This document shows, piece by piece, positions 1 through 13,500 of a stretch of 64,000 nucleotides of DNA. How positions within the stretch are numbered: position 1 is the first letter of the stretch; every line of letters begins with the position of its first letter. Location: NCBI RefSeq assembly GCF_009914755.1, contig NC_060941.1. The stretch is one strand, 5' to 3'. The notes beneath the pieces were generated by a model. The model saw nothing but the letters and a program-made list of their open reading frames with translations, ran no database searches and had not been told where the DNA came from. The position numbers and the translations under genes were made by a program. The DNA comes from the human T2T-CHM13v2.0 reference genome, Homo sapiens.

Positions 1-127
1 TGGTCTGCCTCTCCCAGTCCACTGACTCAAATGTTAATCTCCTTTGGCAACACCTTGACACACATACCCAGGAACAATACTTTTCATCCTTCAATCCGAT
101 CAAGTTGACACTCAATATTAACCATCA
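1..127 (-). mobile_element. MLT2A-type ERVL LTR, 5' end (continues left of the window)
   Basis: Reverse complement reads TGATGGTTAATATTGAGTGTCAACTTGATCGGATTGAAGGATG...GGAGATTAACATTTGAGTCAGTGGACTGGGAGAGGCAGACC, matching the MLT2A start as recalled. Confidence 0.85.
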
Positions 128-399
128 TGCCTGCTGTTCTTGCATATGGTGTTCCAGCACTCATTCCTCAATTTTCTAGTGATAGAGCCCAATGTCTCCT
201 TTTTGTGGCCCACTGCTCTTCTACTCTTAGTCCATGGACTTTGCCTATGCTATTCACACTGCCTAGGTCCAGTGATGAGTGTGTGATCCAGCCTGACCCA
301 TCAGCATAGTTCAACCTAGCTCCAGTTGTTGGTTTAGGAATGAGCATCTGACACCAGTGGGATACATTCAATCAATGACAAGGCTCTTAATGTAATTAT

Positions 400-672
400 T
401 AGGGAAGTGTCACTGTCTTTCTCGTGTGGAAACTGCTGCAGTGAAGTGCTAGCCCGCAGCTGCCAGCAGCAACCTCTGTCTTCTCATGAGCAGAGCCTGA
501 GAATGAAGCCAACACAGAGGATACCAGACCCAAGAGATGGAGAGGGACATTTGAGCCCCTAAATCTAGATCTGCCTGGATGCTTCAATCTTTGCACCAAT
601 ACATTTCCTTTCTCTCAAACCACTTTGAGTTGTGTTTTCATTGCCAGAGATGGAAAGAATCCTGACTAATGT
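400..672 (+). mobile_element. Old MaLR LTR fragment (MLT1J/K/L-like)
   Basis: gagaatgaagccaacacagagg...atttgagcccct...ttgagttgtgttttc...gaaagaatcctgactaat resembles the 3' part of MLT1. Confidence 0.6.
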
Positions 673-769
673 ACATACAGAAGTGAATGAGTTCCATGCC
701 TAAATGCTTGACTGGAGATTGATCCTGGACCATTACACTCATGGAGAACTGTGAGCTCTGTTAAAACTC

Positions 770-1222
770 TTCAAAAGTTTCCTGTTGCTGTCAGGATATA
801 ACCTCAACTCCTTAACCATGGTTTTAGAGCCTTCAATGATCAGGACCTTGCTGATCTCTGGCCTCATCCTGAAGCACTTTTCCTCCCAATTTATATTCTG
901 GCCACACTGGATTTTCAGTTTCTAGAATGTACCATTGTCTCCTGCTTCTGGAATTTGTCCTCTTCCTTGAGCATGCTTCACCTACCTAAGTCCTACGATT
1001 CCTTCAATATCAGCTTAAAACTCACCCCATCACTGCCAGGGCTCCACAGCAGTTCCACCTTCTAACACTCAGCACACTTGCAGCCAGGCGTTCAATGCCT
1101 GCCCCTATCCCAGAATATAAGGCCCCGCGAGAGTCAGATCCGTGCTGCTCTAATCTCCACGCTATCACTAGGACATGAATAGAGACCCAACAAATAAATA
1201 TTTGTTGAATACCTGAATGAGA
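770..1222 (+). mobile_element. L2 LINE 3' fragment
   Basis: Pyrimidine-rich L2 body ending in caaataaatatttgttgaat. Confidence 0.7.
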
Positions 1223-4200
1223 TAAATAATGCAGGCAACCCTAAGTACGTGGAAGTGGAGGAGATCTAAATTAGGGCTGAGATCTGTGGGTCAGCCAGCT
1301 AGGCATGAGATGATCAACGCCCAGGCCAAGGTGGTAACTTTAGTAAGAGAAAGGCACAGGGAAGGGAAAGGAAGGAAAATCTATGTGGAAACTGAGAACA
1401 GAAGAACCAAAATAATTTGACCGGCTTTGACCAAAGCTAGAAAAAGAATCTCTAAAGAGACACCCAAGCCCATGAACCAAGTGCATAAGAGGAATGTGCA
1501 GCTATTGGCAGGGGCAGGGTCACTGCTTCAGGACACAGTTATGCTGCTTATGTAGGACAAAGCCTCAGCATTTTGCAGGACCCAGCAGGGATAACAGGGG
1601 CAGAAGATAGGCCCTTAACAGGTGGATCCTGAACAGGTCCATCACAGTTGGTGGTTGGAGGCTAGAATAGAGCAGAGAGCTTAGCCCGAGCTTATGTCCC
1701 CGGGAATTGAGAGAGTATCATGGGAAATTCTGCCCTCCAACTCCACCTGGCTGAAGCTGAGCTGCATAGTAATGGGTGCTCCTCAAACAAGGTGCCTGCA
1801 TCGTCCTCACAGGGGCAGCCAAAGAGGTGTTTACTGTTTGGATTTTCTCTCCAGAGCAGACTTGCTGTTCTGGGAAGATCACGGAGTGATTTGCATAATT
1901 GCCTTCTCAGGTGATGATTGCTCAGACCAAGGAAGAATTTCAAAAAGCCCACCTGCTTGCCTTGCTGGGTAGCATAAGGGACATATTTGGGAGGGAGGAA
2001 AAAAGTCAACCAAAGGGAGTCAGGTAGCCCTGGCTGCCCCTTCAGGCAGAAAGGTGTCAAGGAAGCTCAGAACCCAACATTGCTCTCCACAGTTGCTTTC
2101 CAACCTCCATCTCCACTTTCCAAACTGTAGCCCTGGGAAGAAGTAAGAACAAGCTGGGGAGAAGCCAACTCAGGAAGCTACCTAACACCTACAAATCCTT
2201 CAATATCAGCGTAAAACTCACATCACCAAGGAGGAATTCCTCGGTTCCAGATGAGGCCGGCCTTTCATTCTGAGGACCTCACGGCAGTTCCTTCTTCTAA
2301 CACTCCGCACACTTGCCGCCATGTGTTCAATGCCTTCTCCCACCCCAGAATGCAAGCCCATGAACAAGTCCAGTTCTGTGGGCCTGCCAAACACCAACTG
2401 AGATTCTACCATTTGCTAGTGAAAGAGACCAAGGGCCCCACAGTCAAATGAGGATGGAGGCACAGAAATAAAACATGGGAAAATAAGTAGTAGTAAACAT
2501 AGGGTTCTTTGGAACATGGAGGAGGAGCTTTGAGGCCAGCTGAGGCAGGGGTGTGTATCAACAAAGCCCTCCTGGGGGAGGTGACATCGGAATAGAGTCT
2601 TGAAAGAGTATAGTGCCTGGTACATAGTAGATGCTCTAATACCCAAGGATGAATGACCCAATGGCAGGATGGATGGGGAGGCAGATGTTCCAGGAAAAGA
2701 AAAAGCTGGCTCAGTCCGTTCTTCATCCCAGAGCCACAGTGAATTCTGAAGCTATTCTAATGCCTTGTAAACTGCACAACATTTTCCATGGTGTGTAGAA
2801 TGTGGGATGTCTCTTCTGTTATCATTTCGGGTCAGGAATGAAGTGCTCATGTTCGCTTGTACTGGGGGCTACTGAGTCAGAATAACCAAGGCTCAGCTGA
2901 CTCCACCTCAAATCAACAGGATGCTCTTTAAGTATGTGAGAGATTCACCGGGCCACTGCCTGCACTGTCTAGTTTTCTTCGAAGTGCCTATGAAAAATGT
3001 GCTTAATATTCATGCTCCATTCCAAAGAGGCACAGATGGGGGCCAAAGAGGAAAAAACCATTTTTAGTAAAAAATGACTAGTGTCATGTCTCCCAGCCCA
3101 AACTAATATATTTCTTGAGGCTGACCTTAAGCTACCTCCTACAGGAAGCCTTCCTCAACAACTACAGATTCTGCATCCCCCTTCCTTCCTAAGTTCTTTT
3201 CACTTCACTCCTTGCCACATCTCTACTTGGGGTGTCAGCTATTTTGTTGTTCACTGAATGTGTGCACATCTTGTGGTCTCTCCACCTCCCAGGTTCCCGG
3301 AAACATATGTAAGAGGAGCTCAGTTTTAAGGATAAGAACATTGAGATCTAGAGAGGTGTACAGCACCCACTTGCCCCAGGGTTGCACAGCTCATAACTGC
3401 AGGAGTCAGGCTTCCAACCTGGACTGGTGCCCAGACTCTGCTCCCAACTACACTTCTACCAACCCTCTTCCCATCTCGCAGCCTCCCCATCTCATTTCTA
3501 GTCCACTGCTCTCTACGTTGCATCGCTGTTTTCTGGGTGCATCAGGTCCCATTGTCTTGCCTCCTGAAGAATAGGGTGAGTGGCTTAGGAGCACAGAACC
3601 AAGTATTCACATTTTCGTTTCTGCCCCATGCTATTTCCCCATTTCTGGACGCAGAGTAGGTGCTGATAATATGAAGCACAGAGAGAAAAATGTCAGCACA
3701 AAAAGGAAGCATCTGTTCTTGAGCTTTCATTACTCAGATGAGAAAACTGAAGCTCAGAGAGGGGAAGTGACTTAAATATGCATTGGACAGAACCGAGAAG
3801 AAAGCAGGCTGGCTCCTGCCACTGTACTTCACACATAACAGGTGCTTAAATTATGTTATTGTTATATTATATATTATGTATATTCCATATAATATATAAT
3901 AATATGCATAATATATATCACCATCATTGTCATAATTTTATTGTTGTCTGAATGAGACCTTTAAACTCAGTATGTCTTGTCAGTGGGGAGTTCGGAGAGT
4001 TTTCACAAACATGAGTCTTTAGTTCATGGAGCAAATCAGAAGGACTGAGGTGACTGACTTTCAGGAAAACAAAGGCCAACAGAAAGATGAGAAGACATTC
4101 TTACATTTGTAAAGTATTTTACAGCTGACAACTTTCTTAAAAGAAAGATTGCTAAATTTGGCATTAGGAAATCTGGGACTGAGACCCTTTCTGCCACTGG

Positions 4201-5384
4201 ATGACCTTGACAAAGTCATTTGTTTTCTTTGAGCTTCAGTCTCCTTTGTAAGATAGAACTGTGGGATGCACTCAGAAAAGAAAATTATGGAGCATACAGG
4301 GCCCAACTCCCCATTGCTGTGCTCATGGCAGCCATCACTAATTGGTTACCACACTCTTTGTGCTATGCCCAGGTGAGGCTTCAGAATCTGTCCCTGGAAA
4401 CCACTACCCATTGGCTGGCATGAACGTGTTAGATGAAACCAATTTGTCACTTTCAGTAGATGCCTGTACAGCCAACTCCAGCTTCGACTTTCTGACTCCA
4501 CGAGTCTATCACACATACAGCAACCTGACCAGGTTAGCAGAGCAGGGCTCACCCCTCTCCCCCAGAGGAACAATCTGAGCTCAGACCAGCTCAAGTTTAG
4601 ATAGTTGGTGAATGGTGATGGAATCAGACACTAGACCTCTCTAAATTGGCCTGGCAAGAACACTCAGTAGTCTTACATATTCCCTGGCTACAAAGGACTC
4701 CCAGTCCCTCAGAGTCAAGGACCATGGTAAAATGAGGAAATAACCAAAAGCTTCATTCTCCCTTTCACACCACAAGGTGGCTGAGTGAGAACCTCCCTTC
4801 TGGACAGGTGATACCACGCTGCAAAACCAGGAAGTAGGTGAACTTGCTGATTTCTTTCACTTTCATCCTTGTGTCATTAGAAGCCCAGTTCCTCTTGACA
4901 GTATCTCCCAACCACCACCCCCTCTGCTGCTACACCCCATCTGGCCACATATCCCTCAGATTGTTGCCAGAACTTTCTTATTTCATTTGAAAGGGAAGTT
5001 TGTTGATAATAGCTTAGAGTGAGACCTCACTCCATTGAAGGCAGCCGCCTGCGGTGGTGGGAAGAGAACTGAGGCTGGAGTCAGAACATAGGCTTCTTGT
5101 CCTGCTGCTGTGGCCTTGGGGAAAGTTGCTGTTCTTCTCTTGACCTCAGTTTCGCTTCCAGCCTATGATTTCCAAGAGAGAAATGTTGAATTCTTGGCTA
5201 ACAGGACAAAGTGCTCACGGACCTCATCCCTACACTGGTGGCTGGGTGAGTGTTAGGGGAACAGGGAGTTCCAAGAGCCTCTGAATCCCACTTTCCATAC
5301 TCCTTTTAAAATCCATTTAGTGGCCAACATTCTATGGGGCCGTGAAAAATGAGAAAGAGGAAAGGAAGGGAGACGGCTCTTATT

Positions 5385-5580
5385 GAATGCCTATCATATG
5401 TCAAACATGTCCATGTACTAGCTAATGGGAAAAGTGCTGATATTCCACTTTATAGATGAGCAAATCAAGGTTCAGAGGGGTTAAGCGACTTGCCTCAGAT
5501 CAAACAGCTGGTAAATGGCAGAGCTAGGATTTATATTGAATACTGCTGATTCTAAAGCTCCTGCCCTTTATATTCCACTG
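5385..5580 (-). mobile_element. MIR SINE
   Basis: ccactttatagatgagcaaatcaaggttcagaggggttaagcgacttgcc is the reverse MIR core. Confidence 0.8.
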
Positions 5581-6514
5581 TGGATTTTTTTTCTTTTTCT
5601 AATTACATAGTATGAAGCATGGAGAATAAACATGAAGCCACACCTTGCAGGGTTCCCAGCCTATCAAAAAGGTAAGCCAGCCTCCTGAATAATTGTAATA
5701 TAAAGCCAAGCATGAAAGGATGGGTATAATCCAAGAGTCACAGATGAGAACAGACTTCATGAGGAAGTGGCATCTTTTCAGGTTGTTCCGGCCTCCCATA
5801 CAACAATGACAACAATAAGCAATGAGAGTAATGATGAACACTTATCTGTACTAGCTCCCTTGCTCGTGAAATAGGTACTCTTTTTCTTTCCATTTTAAAG
5901 AGGAGGAAAGCAAGACACAGAGAGGCCAAGTAACATATCATAGATCACAAGGCTTGGAAGTGACGGAGCCTGGATCAATTCCCAGGCAGATTGGCTCCAG
6001 CATGCACACTCTTGATGAACCTCACTCTGCTGCTTCTTGTAGTATTTTCTCACCTTGACCACCACCTGGGGAAGTAGCAGGAGATCTGGGGAATCCTGTG
6101 AGAGCATTTAGGCTACCTTCCTTTCATGCCAGGGAAGGGACTAGCCCAAGGGGAGCAGTGGCTTGGAGGAATAGAGCTCAGCTCCTCTCCTCCCAGCTCA
6201 GACCACTTGCCTATGCTCTCCTCCTCCTCTGCAATGCTGGAAAGATGCCAGCCTGCCAAGGCCCTCACTATGCAGGCTCTGCATAGAGAAGAAGAACCCA
6301 AGCCCCTGTACATGGGCTATTGTTCAAGGCATTTTAGTAACATGAAGATAGCAAATTACCCACAATGAACAATTCTGTAGAACAAGGTGTTCCCTGGTCT
6401 CCATCTGAGTACCTGTGCGGATGGTATTGTTAGCAGGTATACAGGAGAGGAGCCAAGCTTTGTGAAAGGGAGCTCTTTTGGGTGATTTGTCCTGCCTGTC
6501 TTGCTTTTGCTAAA

Positions 6515-6712
6515 TAATGAGGATAGCATGGGCTTTGGAAGGAGGCAGGCGTGAGTTGGAATTCCACCATGTCATTCTGTAGCTGTGTGACCTTGGGTAA
6601 ATTACCTAACGTCTCTGAGCATCCCATCCAAAAATGGAAATATCACTATTCCATGGAGAATCCTATGAGGATTAAAAGGAGATAATGTATGTAAAGTAGC
6701 TTATATAATACC
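6515..6712 (+). mobile_element. MIR SINE
   Basis: tagctgtgtgaccttgggtaaattacctaacgtctctgagc...gaggattaaaaggagataatgtatgtaaag. Confidence 0.8.
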
Positions 6713-7491
6713 ACATTCATTCTGAAAACAAACATATCCGAACCGCCATAAAAACTGGTAACATCATAGAATGTAACTCACTAAAAAGATCCAAGAATCA
6801 GGAATTAAAGCAAGAAGAGGATTACACTGTGTTGTTCACTAACCACACACCTGATAGTATGAGAAGTAGTTCTCACTTTACCCTTTCATCAACACTGTGG
6901 GTCGGATGACACTGTACCCATTTTACAGATGAAGAGATTAAGGATCATAGAGGGTCAAGATCTTCTGCAGGAATGCTGCTTCTTTGACTCCTTCTGTTCT
7001 CAGATCAGTTCAAAGCTCTCAGCTTCACTTGCTAATTTTATACAGAGTTGATTTCCGGCTCTGTTTTATCCTTAGCTTCCGCAATCTGGAAATGTGCTTT
7101 GCACTGATAATTTTATCTATTCTGGTACATCAGTCGTTTCCATACAGGTCTCCATGACCCCCCGCACCCACCCCAGTCTTCCTCCTAGCCCAAATGTGGG
7201 CCCTGCTCCCCTGTTTCTAGTGTCCTGTTTTATATCCATCCACAGTGGTCCCAGTGACACCTCACACTCTATGTCGCCAAAAGCAACTCGCTCCACCCCA
7301 ACTCTCCTTTTCCTGGTTCTCTGAGTTTACGCATAGCACCTCTCTTCAGTGACCCAGGAAGGATTTCTTTGGTGTCTCTATTTATTTATTTACTTTTCCC
7401 ACAATACTCATATTCAGGCAGTACCCTCTCTTCAGCACCCACCCCCCAACCACCATTCCCTATTACCCACCTAATGTTCTGATTAGAATTC

Positions 7492-7787
7492 TTTTTTTCT
7501 GAGAGAGAGAGAGGGTCTTGCTCTGTGGTCTAGGCTGGAGTACAGTGGTACAGTCTCAGCTCACTGCAGCCTGAACCTCCCAGGCTAAAGCAATCTTTCC
7601 ACCTCAGCCTCCCAAGTAGCTAGAACTATAGGCATGCACTACCATGCATGGCTAACTTTTGTATTTTTTGAAAGACGTGGTTTCTCCACATAGCCCAGAC
7701 TAATCTTGAACTCCGAAACTCAAGCAATCCACCCCCCTCAGCCTCCCAAAGTGCCAGGATTACAGGTATAAGCCATCACGCCTGGCC
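7492..7787 (-). mobile_element. AluJ SINE
   Basis: Diverged dimeric Alu in reverse; TSD tgattagaattctt (7480-7493) / tgattcgaattctt (7788-7801). Confidence 0.93.
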
Positions 7788-8065
7788 TGATTCGAATTCT
7801 TAAACACAACTTTGAAGGTGGCTCAAAAGTCTTCAGTTACACCCCACTGTTACCTTATAAAGTCCTAACTATAGCTTGCCATTGGAGACACCATGAAATT
7901 CCATCTTAATCTATTTCTCCCTCTAATATACGCCATAGCAAAATGGGTAACACTGCTCTCGACAGTATATCTGATGCTCAATTAGTAGTAGTAATAAAGG
8001 CTGCCAGTGTCAGAAGCACTTGACATGCAGTGTCTCATTAATTCCTCACCACACCCCTGTGAGTA

Positions 8066-8238
8066 GACAAGATGTGACAAGATGTGTAGTTGCACAGGGC
8101 CCTGTGCTCAGAAGGCTGTGCTCCCATGCCTGGTTTAATGCTCTGCTCTCACTGTGTGGAAATTGTTAAAGCTTTTTCAACTCGGGGCCTCACATTGTCA
8201 TTCTGTTCAGGGCCCTGCAAACTATGTAGCCAGTCCTG
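8066..8238. mobile_element. MER91-like hAT element inserted in a minus-strand MIR
   Basis: gttgcacagggccctgtgctcagaagg...cagggccctgcaaactatgtagccagtcctg; MIR sequence on both sides (about 7985-8065 and 8240-8300, ccccattttacagatg). Confidence 0.65.
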
Positions 8239-9264
8239 GAAGCAGCTGCTATTATTACCCCCATTTTACAGATGTGAAAACCAAGGCCACACAACTAATG
8301 AGCCCAAGACTCTTGTCAATACCCGTATTGTGCCAAGGGTGGCAGACCCACACTCTGGGCTTACTGTGTGCCACCTACTGTGCTCCCTCCCTTCCTCCAC
8401 ATCCCCATGTTGCCAGAGCGAGTGGCATTTCCTGTCCTTGAGGTTAAATGACTTTCTCACAAGTTTGCCTGACTTCAAGCCCAGTGCCCTTCCTGCTACA
8501 CTGATCCAAATAAAACGGTGCCTGCCCCCCAACCCCCAATTCCAAAGCCAGGCCTGGTGTCTGGCGAGACCTGAACAGGGGGCAGAATCTCTGCGGAGAC
8601 CTCTAAAAATAAAGCCCGCCTGCAACTGTGTTCTGAGACCTGAAGCTTCCTTCTTCCTCTTAAAAGCTGTTCCCATCTCTGAAAGCAGCTTCTCACCATG
8701 GGCTGTGGCTGCTGCTTTTCCCGCACTGCAAGGGAGAAACGGAACAGATTGCAGGAGCAATTAAACCATCACATGGAAAGCCCAGAGAGACTGGGGAGAG
8801 GGGAGGAGATGCTGTTTCTTAATGGCCTGCCTCTATATTTAGCCTGAAATACCTCAATCTCTGACCTTTCCAGGGAGCAGGTAGAGGTGAGAGTGAAGTT
8901 GGGGGCTTCAGCTCCGTTGGGCTTCTGGGTCAGGAAGCGCCCATCTGCCAGTGTGCGGCCCCATTACCGCCATGCCTTACAGGGACTCACCATATGGCAG
9001 GACAGGAAACCCCAATCATCAAACAAGCAGTGAAACCACAGCACAGCCTGTCTAGGTGGAATTTGGCAAGATGACTCAGCAAAGATGTCAAGTCAACAAC
9101 AGGGAGCTGGCCTGCCCCACAGGATGCCAACTTCCCCAAGGGGACAGGGGGCTTGTGACAGGTGGTGAAGGGTGGTCAGCCTTTAGTTTCAGCCCCAGTT
9201 ACAGAAGAGCCTCCATTCCTCTCCCTTGCTGCATCCTGAGTCAGACAATGTGTGTGGGGCGGAT

Positions 9265-9405
9265 GGCAGTGAGTTTTAAAAAAACACAGAGGCCCGGGCC
9301 CAGTGCTAAAGACAGTAATTGATTCTGGAGTGGGGTTCAGACGTCTGTATTTGCATAAGACTCTCCAGGTAATTACAAGCATGGCCCGTTGAGAAACAAC
9401 CAGTA
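9265..9405. mobile_element. MER5-type hAT-Charlie element
   Basis: ctggagtggggttcagacgtctgtatttgcataagactctccaggtaatt...ttgagaaac. Confidence 0.6.
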
Positions 9406-9739
9406 GTAAGATTAGGCATAAGATGCATTTGACTTTATATTCTAGTTTTGGTCCCTCGCTTCTTGGGGGACTTTGAAGAAGTGTATGTTTATCTCAGAGC
9501 CTCAGTTTCCCCTTCTCTATATGAGTATGAAATTCTCAATTTCTGGTACATAGCCAATGCTCAGTAAATGTTGTGGGCTGACAAAATGAATGAATGAATG
9601 GAGGATGTAAGCAAATGAGTAAACACATAACCTAGCACAGACGATGTTGGTTCCTGCAGGCACAAGGATATGGCTGCTTCTCTTGGGCTGGGCTGTCTCA
9701 CAAGCAGGCTCAGTCACAAGGAATGAAGTAGTCTATCTG

Positions 9740-10140
9740 CAAGGTGGTCCCAAGTGACATCAGCAGAGGATCTGGGGAACAAGAAAGGGGAAGGCAGGAA
9801 GCAATGCAGGGTGCATTAATGAGCCCATTACTATTGTTGTCAATTGAGGCTCCGTCCCACTGGGGTCTCTGGGCGACAATGTGAACATGCTGCAGAGTTG
9901 TCTCACCCGAGGGACGGGAGCTGTACCTATTCTCCAGCTCCCATCATCAATGACAGAGGGCCATTCCTGGGGGCAGGAACTCCAGGGCACTTCTGCTCTG
10001 TCCTGCTTGTGGGCTGAGAAAAAGCCCTGGGGCAGAGAAGTGGAGAGTCCCAGGTGCTTGTTGTAGAATGTCATCGGCAGCTACTGCCATGGTGAGTGCC
10101 AAGGGGATACAGGTGAGGCACCAACAGCACCTGCCTCGCT
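9740..10140 (-). mobile_element. ERVL LTR (LTR33/LTR16E-like)
   Basis: Reverse complement starts gcaggtgctgttggtgcctcacctgtatcccc, typical of LTR33/LTR16 5' ends. Confidence 0.6.
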
Positions 10141-10318
10141 AGGCCTCCGATATGTAACTTTCCACTCTGGGCTAGGGGTCTGGGGGAAGAGGGAAAGGAA
10201 AGGCCCACTCATGGTCCAAGCTGTCTTACACCACACAGCTGCCGGTACCATTAGGATCTAGCAATGCAAAGTCTTGTTTATCTCAACGTGCCTATTTCCT
10301 CGGCAGTTCTGAGGCTAG

Positions 10319-10530
10319 CAGTGTTTCTCAGTCTCTGAACTATTGACATTTTGGGCTCATTAATTCTTTGTTGTAGGGAGCTGCTCTGTGGATTGTAGGA
10401 TGCTAAGCAGCGTCCCTGGCCTCTACCCACTAGATGCCAGTAGCACCTTTCATTATGACAACAAAACTTGTTTCCAGACATTATCAAATGTCCCCTGGGT
10501 GGCAAAGTTGCCCCCACGTGAGAACCAGTG
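10319..10530 (-). mobile_element. MER20 DNA transposon (hAT-Charlie), full length
   Basis: TIR-like ends cagtgtttctca...tgagaaccagtg; core ccctggcctctacccactagatgccagtagcac. Confidence 0.92.
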
Positions 10531-13500
10531 GGGTAGTTGGATACCTTTCCTCATTCTCGAAGCCCAGGCAGCACCCCACTTAAACTTCTGGAGCTGTGGA
10601 TGCATCTTGACCAGGCCACGCTCTCCTTGGTCTCTGCCTAGTGGGATGCTGCACTTGGAACACATCCCAGAGACAGGCAGTGCCCACACCCAGCTGTGAA
10701 ACACACTGCTCCCCTGCTGAGCCAAGCCCTGATCTATGGGCAGAGGAAGTTAAGCAGCAGCCGTGGCATCACAGTTGGACTATGGGAACCGCAAAAGACA
10801 GGGAAGTTAGGCAGCTTTGGCTCCAGCGGCCTCCACTCCAACCTGGGTCCCAGAGGCCAAGGAGGAGGATTTATCAGACCAGCCCCTAACACAGACCCAG
10901 GGAGATTTAAGGCTAACTCAACAAGGAGTTTTTGTGAAGAGTTGTAAGCACTCATTGAGGCTATGCAATTATCCTAAGAAATGCGGTGAGCACACGCAGA
11001 GCCAGCAGGGAAAGGTGTCCAGGCTGACTCCAAACTACTTGCTTTCATCATTAACCCTGGTGGCATCTGGTGAAAGGTGGGGGTGAAGTGGGGGCTGAGA
11101 AATCTTCCCCCAACAGGCAAGGGGAGATGCTCAGAACAAACCCAGGTGTCTGAGTCACTCGTGCTGACAGCAGATTCATCGCCCTTCAGTCCTGCAAAAG
11201 AGGTAGCCAGCCTGCCTTTGCTATACCTATCATCCATCAAATCTGAGAAGCCAAACTTGGGCGTAACAGGGTTGCATTTCTCCTCTGGGCTGCTTCCTCC
11301 ACTCCCATTTCTTTATGCTTCCCTCCAGGATGCGTGTGCAATGCGCACACCACTCAAAGGGCACACAGTGGCACGCAGTCCTCCAGCAGAAATGATTCAC
11401 AGCCAAATACAGAAGCCGGCTGAGCACAGAATCCAAAGACAGTGGGGCTCCAAGCCGGCTGTGCTAGCGGCACACCAGCTCTCCTGCCTTCGTTTCCTGG
11501 GTTGTCAGTGCAGTAGCCTACCTGGTCAAAACACGATAAAACACCAAGCAGAAGCAGAGAAACCTCTGTTCTCTGGCCTGGCCCCTGCTGCAACCTTCAG
11601 AAGGCTTGAGAGAATATTTGGCACCTGGAGAAGAGCAACGGCAAGTCTAAAGGCAACCAGGAGAACATTTCACACATATGCACACACACAAATGCATACA
11701 CAAACATACGCTCACACACCAGCTCCTGAAAGTGACAGTTTGTGAATCCCTGTCCCTGCCCTCCCATTCATGCATAATGAACATTCCTCTGAAGAGAAGA
11801 GAGGTGGGGAAGAAGCAAGGGATGACTTTTGCTGGAATGAACTCTTTGGAAATGCAAGATTGTGTCAGGACATGCCCATATACATGTAAGGACACACAAA
11901 CACAGAATTAGAACATTTTCTACCTACGAATCTACCTATTTCATCTGTATTTGTGAAAAAAAAATTATAACCCAAAAAGATTAAGAGGCTTTGATAAGAT
12001 TATACAGAGCTGGGACTCAAACTTGGATCTTCAGACCCAGACCTTGTGATGGATTTAGAACAATCTGCATCCATGATTTAATTGGGAGAGGGACAAGGGA
12101 TTGAAATTCTTGGCCTGTCTTCCTGTAAATAGAAGCTGTGATTCTGTTGACATTAGTAATAATTCTTCCCCGAGACTGAGAAAAACAACAGAAGTAATAA
12201 TAATAACCACCAGGCTCAGCGTTCTTACAGTTACTAAGTGCTTTCCCATTTGTAACCTCAGGCGATTTTCCCAACAATGCGGGATGGGGGATTAATGGTA
12301 TCACCACCTCCTCCTTACAGATAAAGAAACAAAGTCTTCAAAGGTTGAATAATGTTGGGAACAACTATAAACTATAGACTAATAAATGTTAAGTTAATAT
12401 TATCAATGTCATCAACATTATACACCTTACTTACCAAACATGTCACATGATGTCTTAAGGATGGAGAGTCATGCCTTGTCCATGTATGAATCCCCCAAAG
12501 GTCCCAAAAGAGAACTTGATGTACAGTAGGTGACCAATATACATTTGACGATTGATTTAGTTACTGAATGCATGACAGGAAGGACGATAGAAAAATACTC
12601 ACATCCAGTCTCTCTGTGGGCTCTAAACTCTAAAAGAGTAGTTTCTGTTTCTTTAAAAACAAAACAAACAAAGGTCAGTATTGCCCAGAGCTCCAGTGAT
12701 CTCTAGGCTTAGATTAATGGTCCGCTAGTTCTTTGCGTAGGACTGGTCCAGCTATGTGGTTTCTGACTATACAGCATGCTTTAAGGAGCATCAAGAAGCA
12801 TTCTCTGTTTGGAAAAACAAAACAAAACAAAAAAATCCAAAAATCCTTTATTGCTTGAAATTTGCACCTTCCACTCCCTCAAGCTAAGGTGTGAAAAGCT
12901 CAATTAGCTGTCTGTGATCACACATCACGCCTTACTAAGGATTAGTTTATAAGACTAGCTCCTGCCACATGGCTAATCCTCAAAAAGAGAACACAGAACA
13001 GGTCACTTTTGATGAAGAATAAGCGTGTTAACACAAGCTTTAGGTCTCATAACACACTGTGGGGACTTGGGCCCCGTCGCAGACAATGAAAGAGTCCCAG
13101 CCAGCCAGCACTGGAGAAAAGGAGACTGCAAATGCAGACAAACCTTGCCAAGCTTCCTCCCTCTCTGGGTCACAGTTTCCTTCTGTGCAAATCAGAGACT
13201 GAGACTGAAAGAGGGATGTGCTGACAGAACTAACCCAGGTCAGGTGGTCAGCACCAGAGTTATGCCTAGGGCCAGCCCTGAATGTGGCACACCCACAGTG
13301 AGGGAATCTCTACCCAAAGAGGGGATGATCTGAATCTCTGCATCATCTCTTGGGCTTGGCTGCTAGAGTTTCTGGGCTGGAAGCAGGAGCAGAAACCTTC
13401 TCCACAGAGACTGAGGTGGAACACACAGAGCTCAGCTCTGAGTTGTAGTCCAAATCCCAGAAGCTACCAAAGGGCCAAGGGTTATTCAGCTGAAGGGATC

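Noticed and set aside
8090-8764. 224-aa ORF (+) and overlapping 164-aa ORF (-)
   Set aside because: The plus ORF starts at a non-ATG codon and runs through MER91 and MIR sequence; neither has a recognisable domain; consistent with chance ORFs.
11077-11745. 222-aa ORF
   Set aside because: GTG start, no recognisable homology, ends in CA-rich low-complexity sequence, no promoter or splice context.
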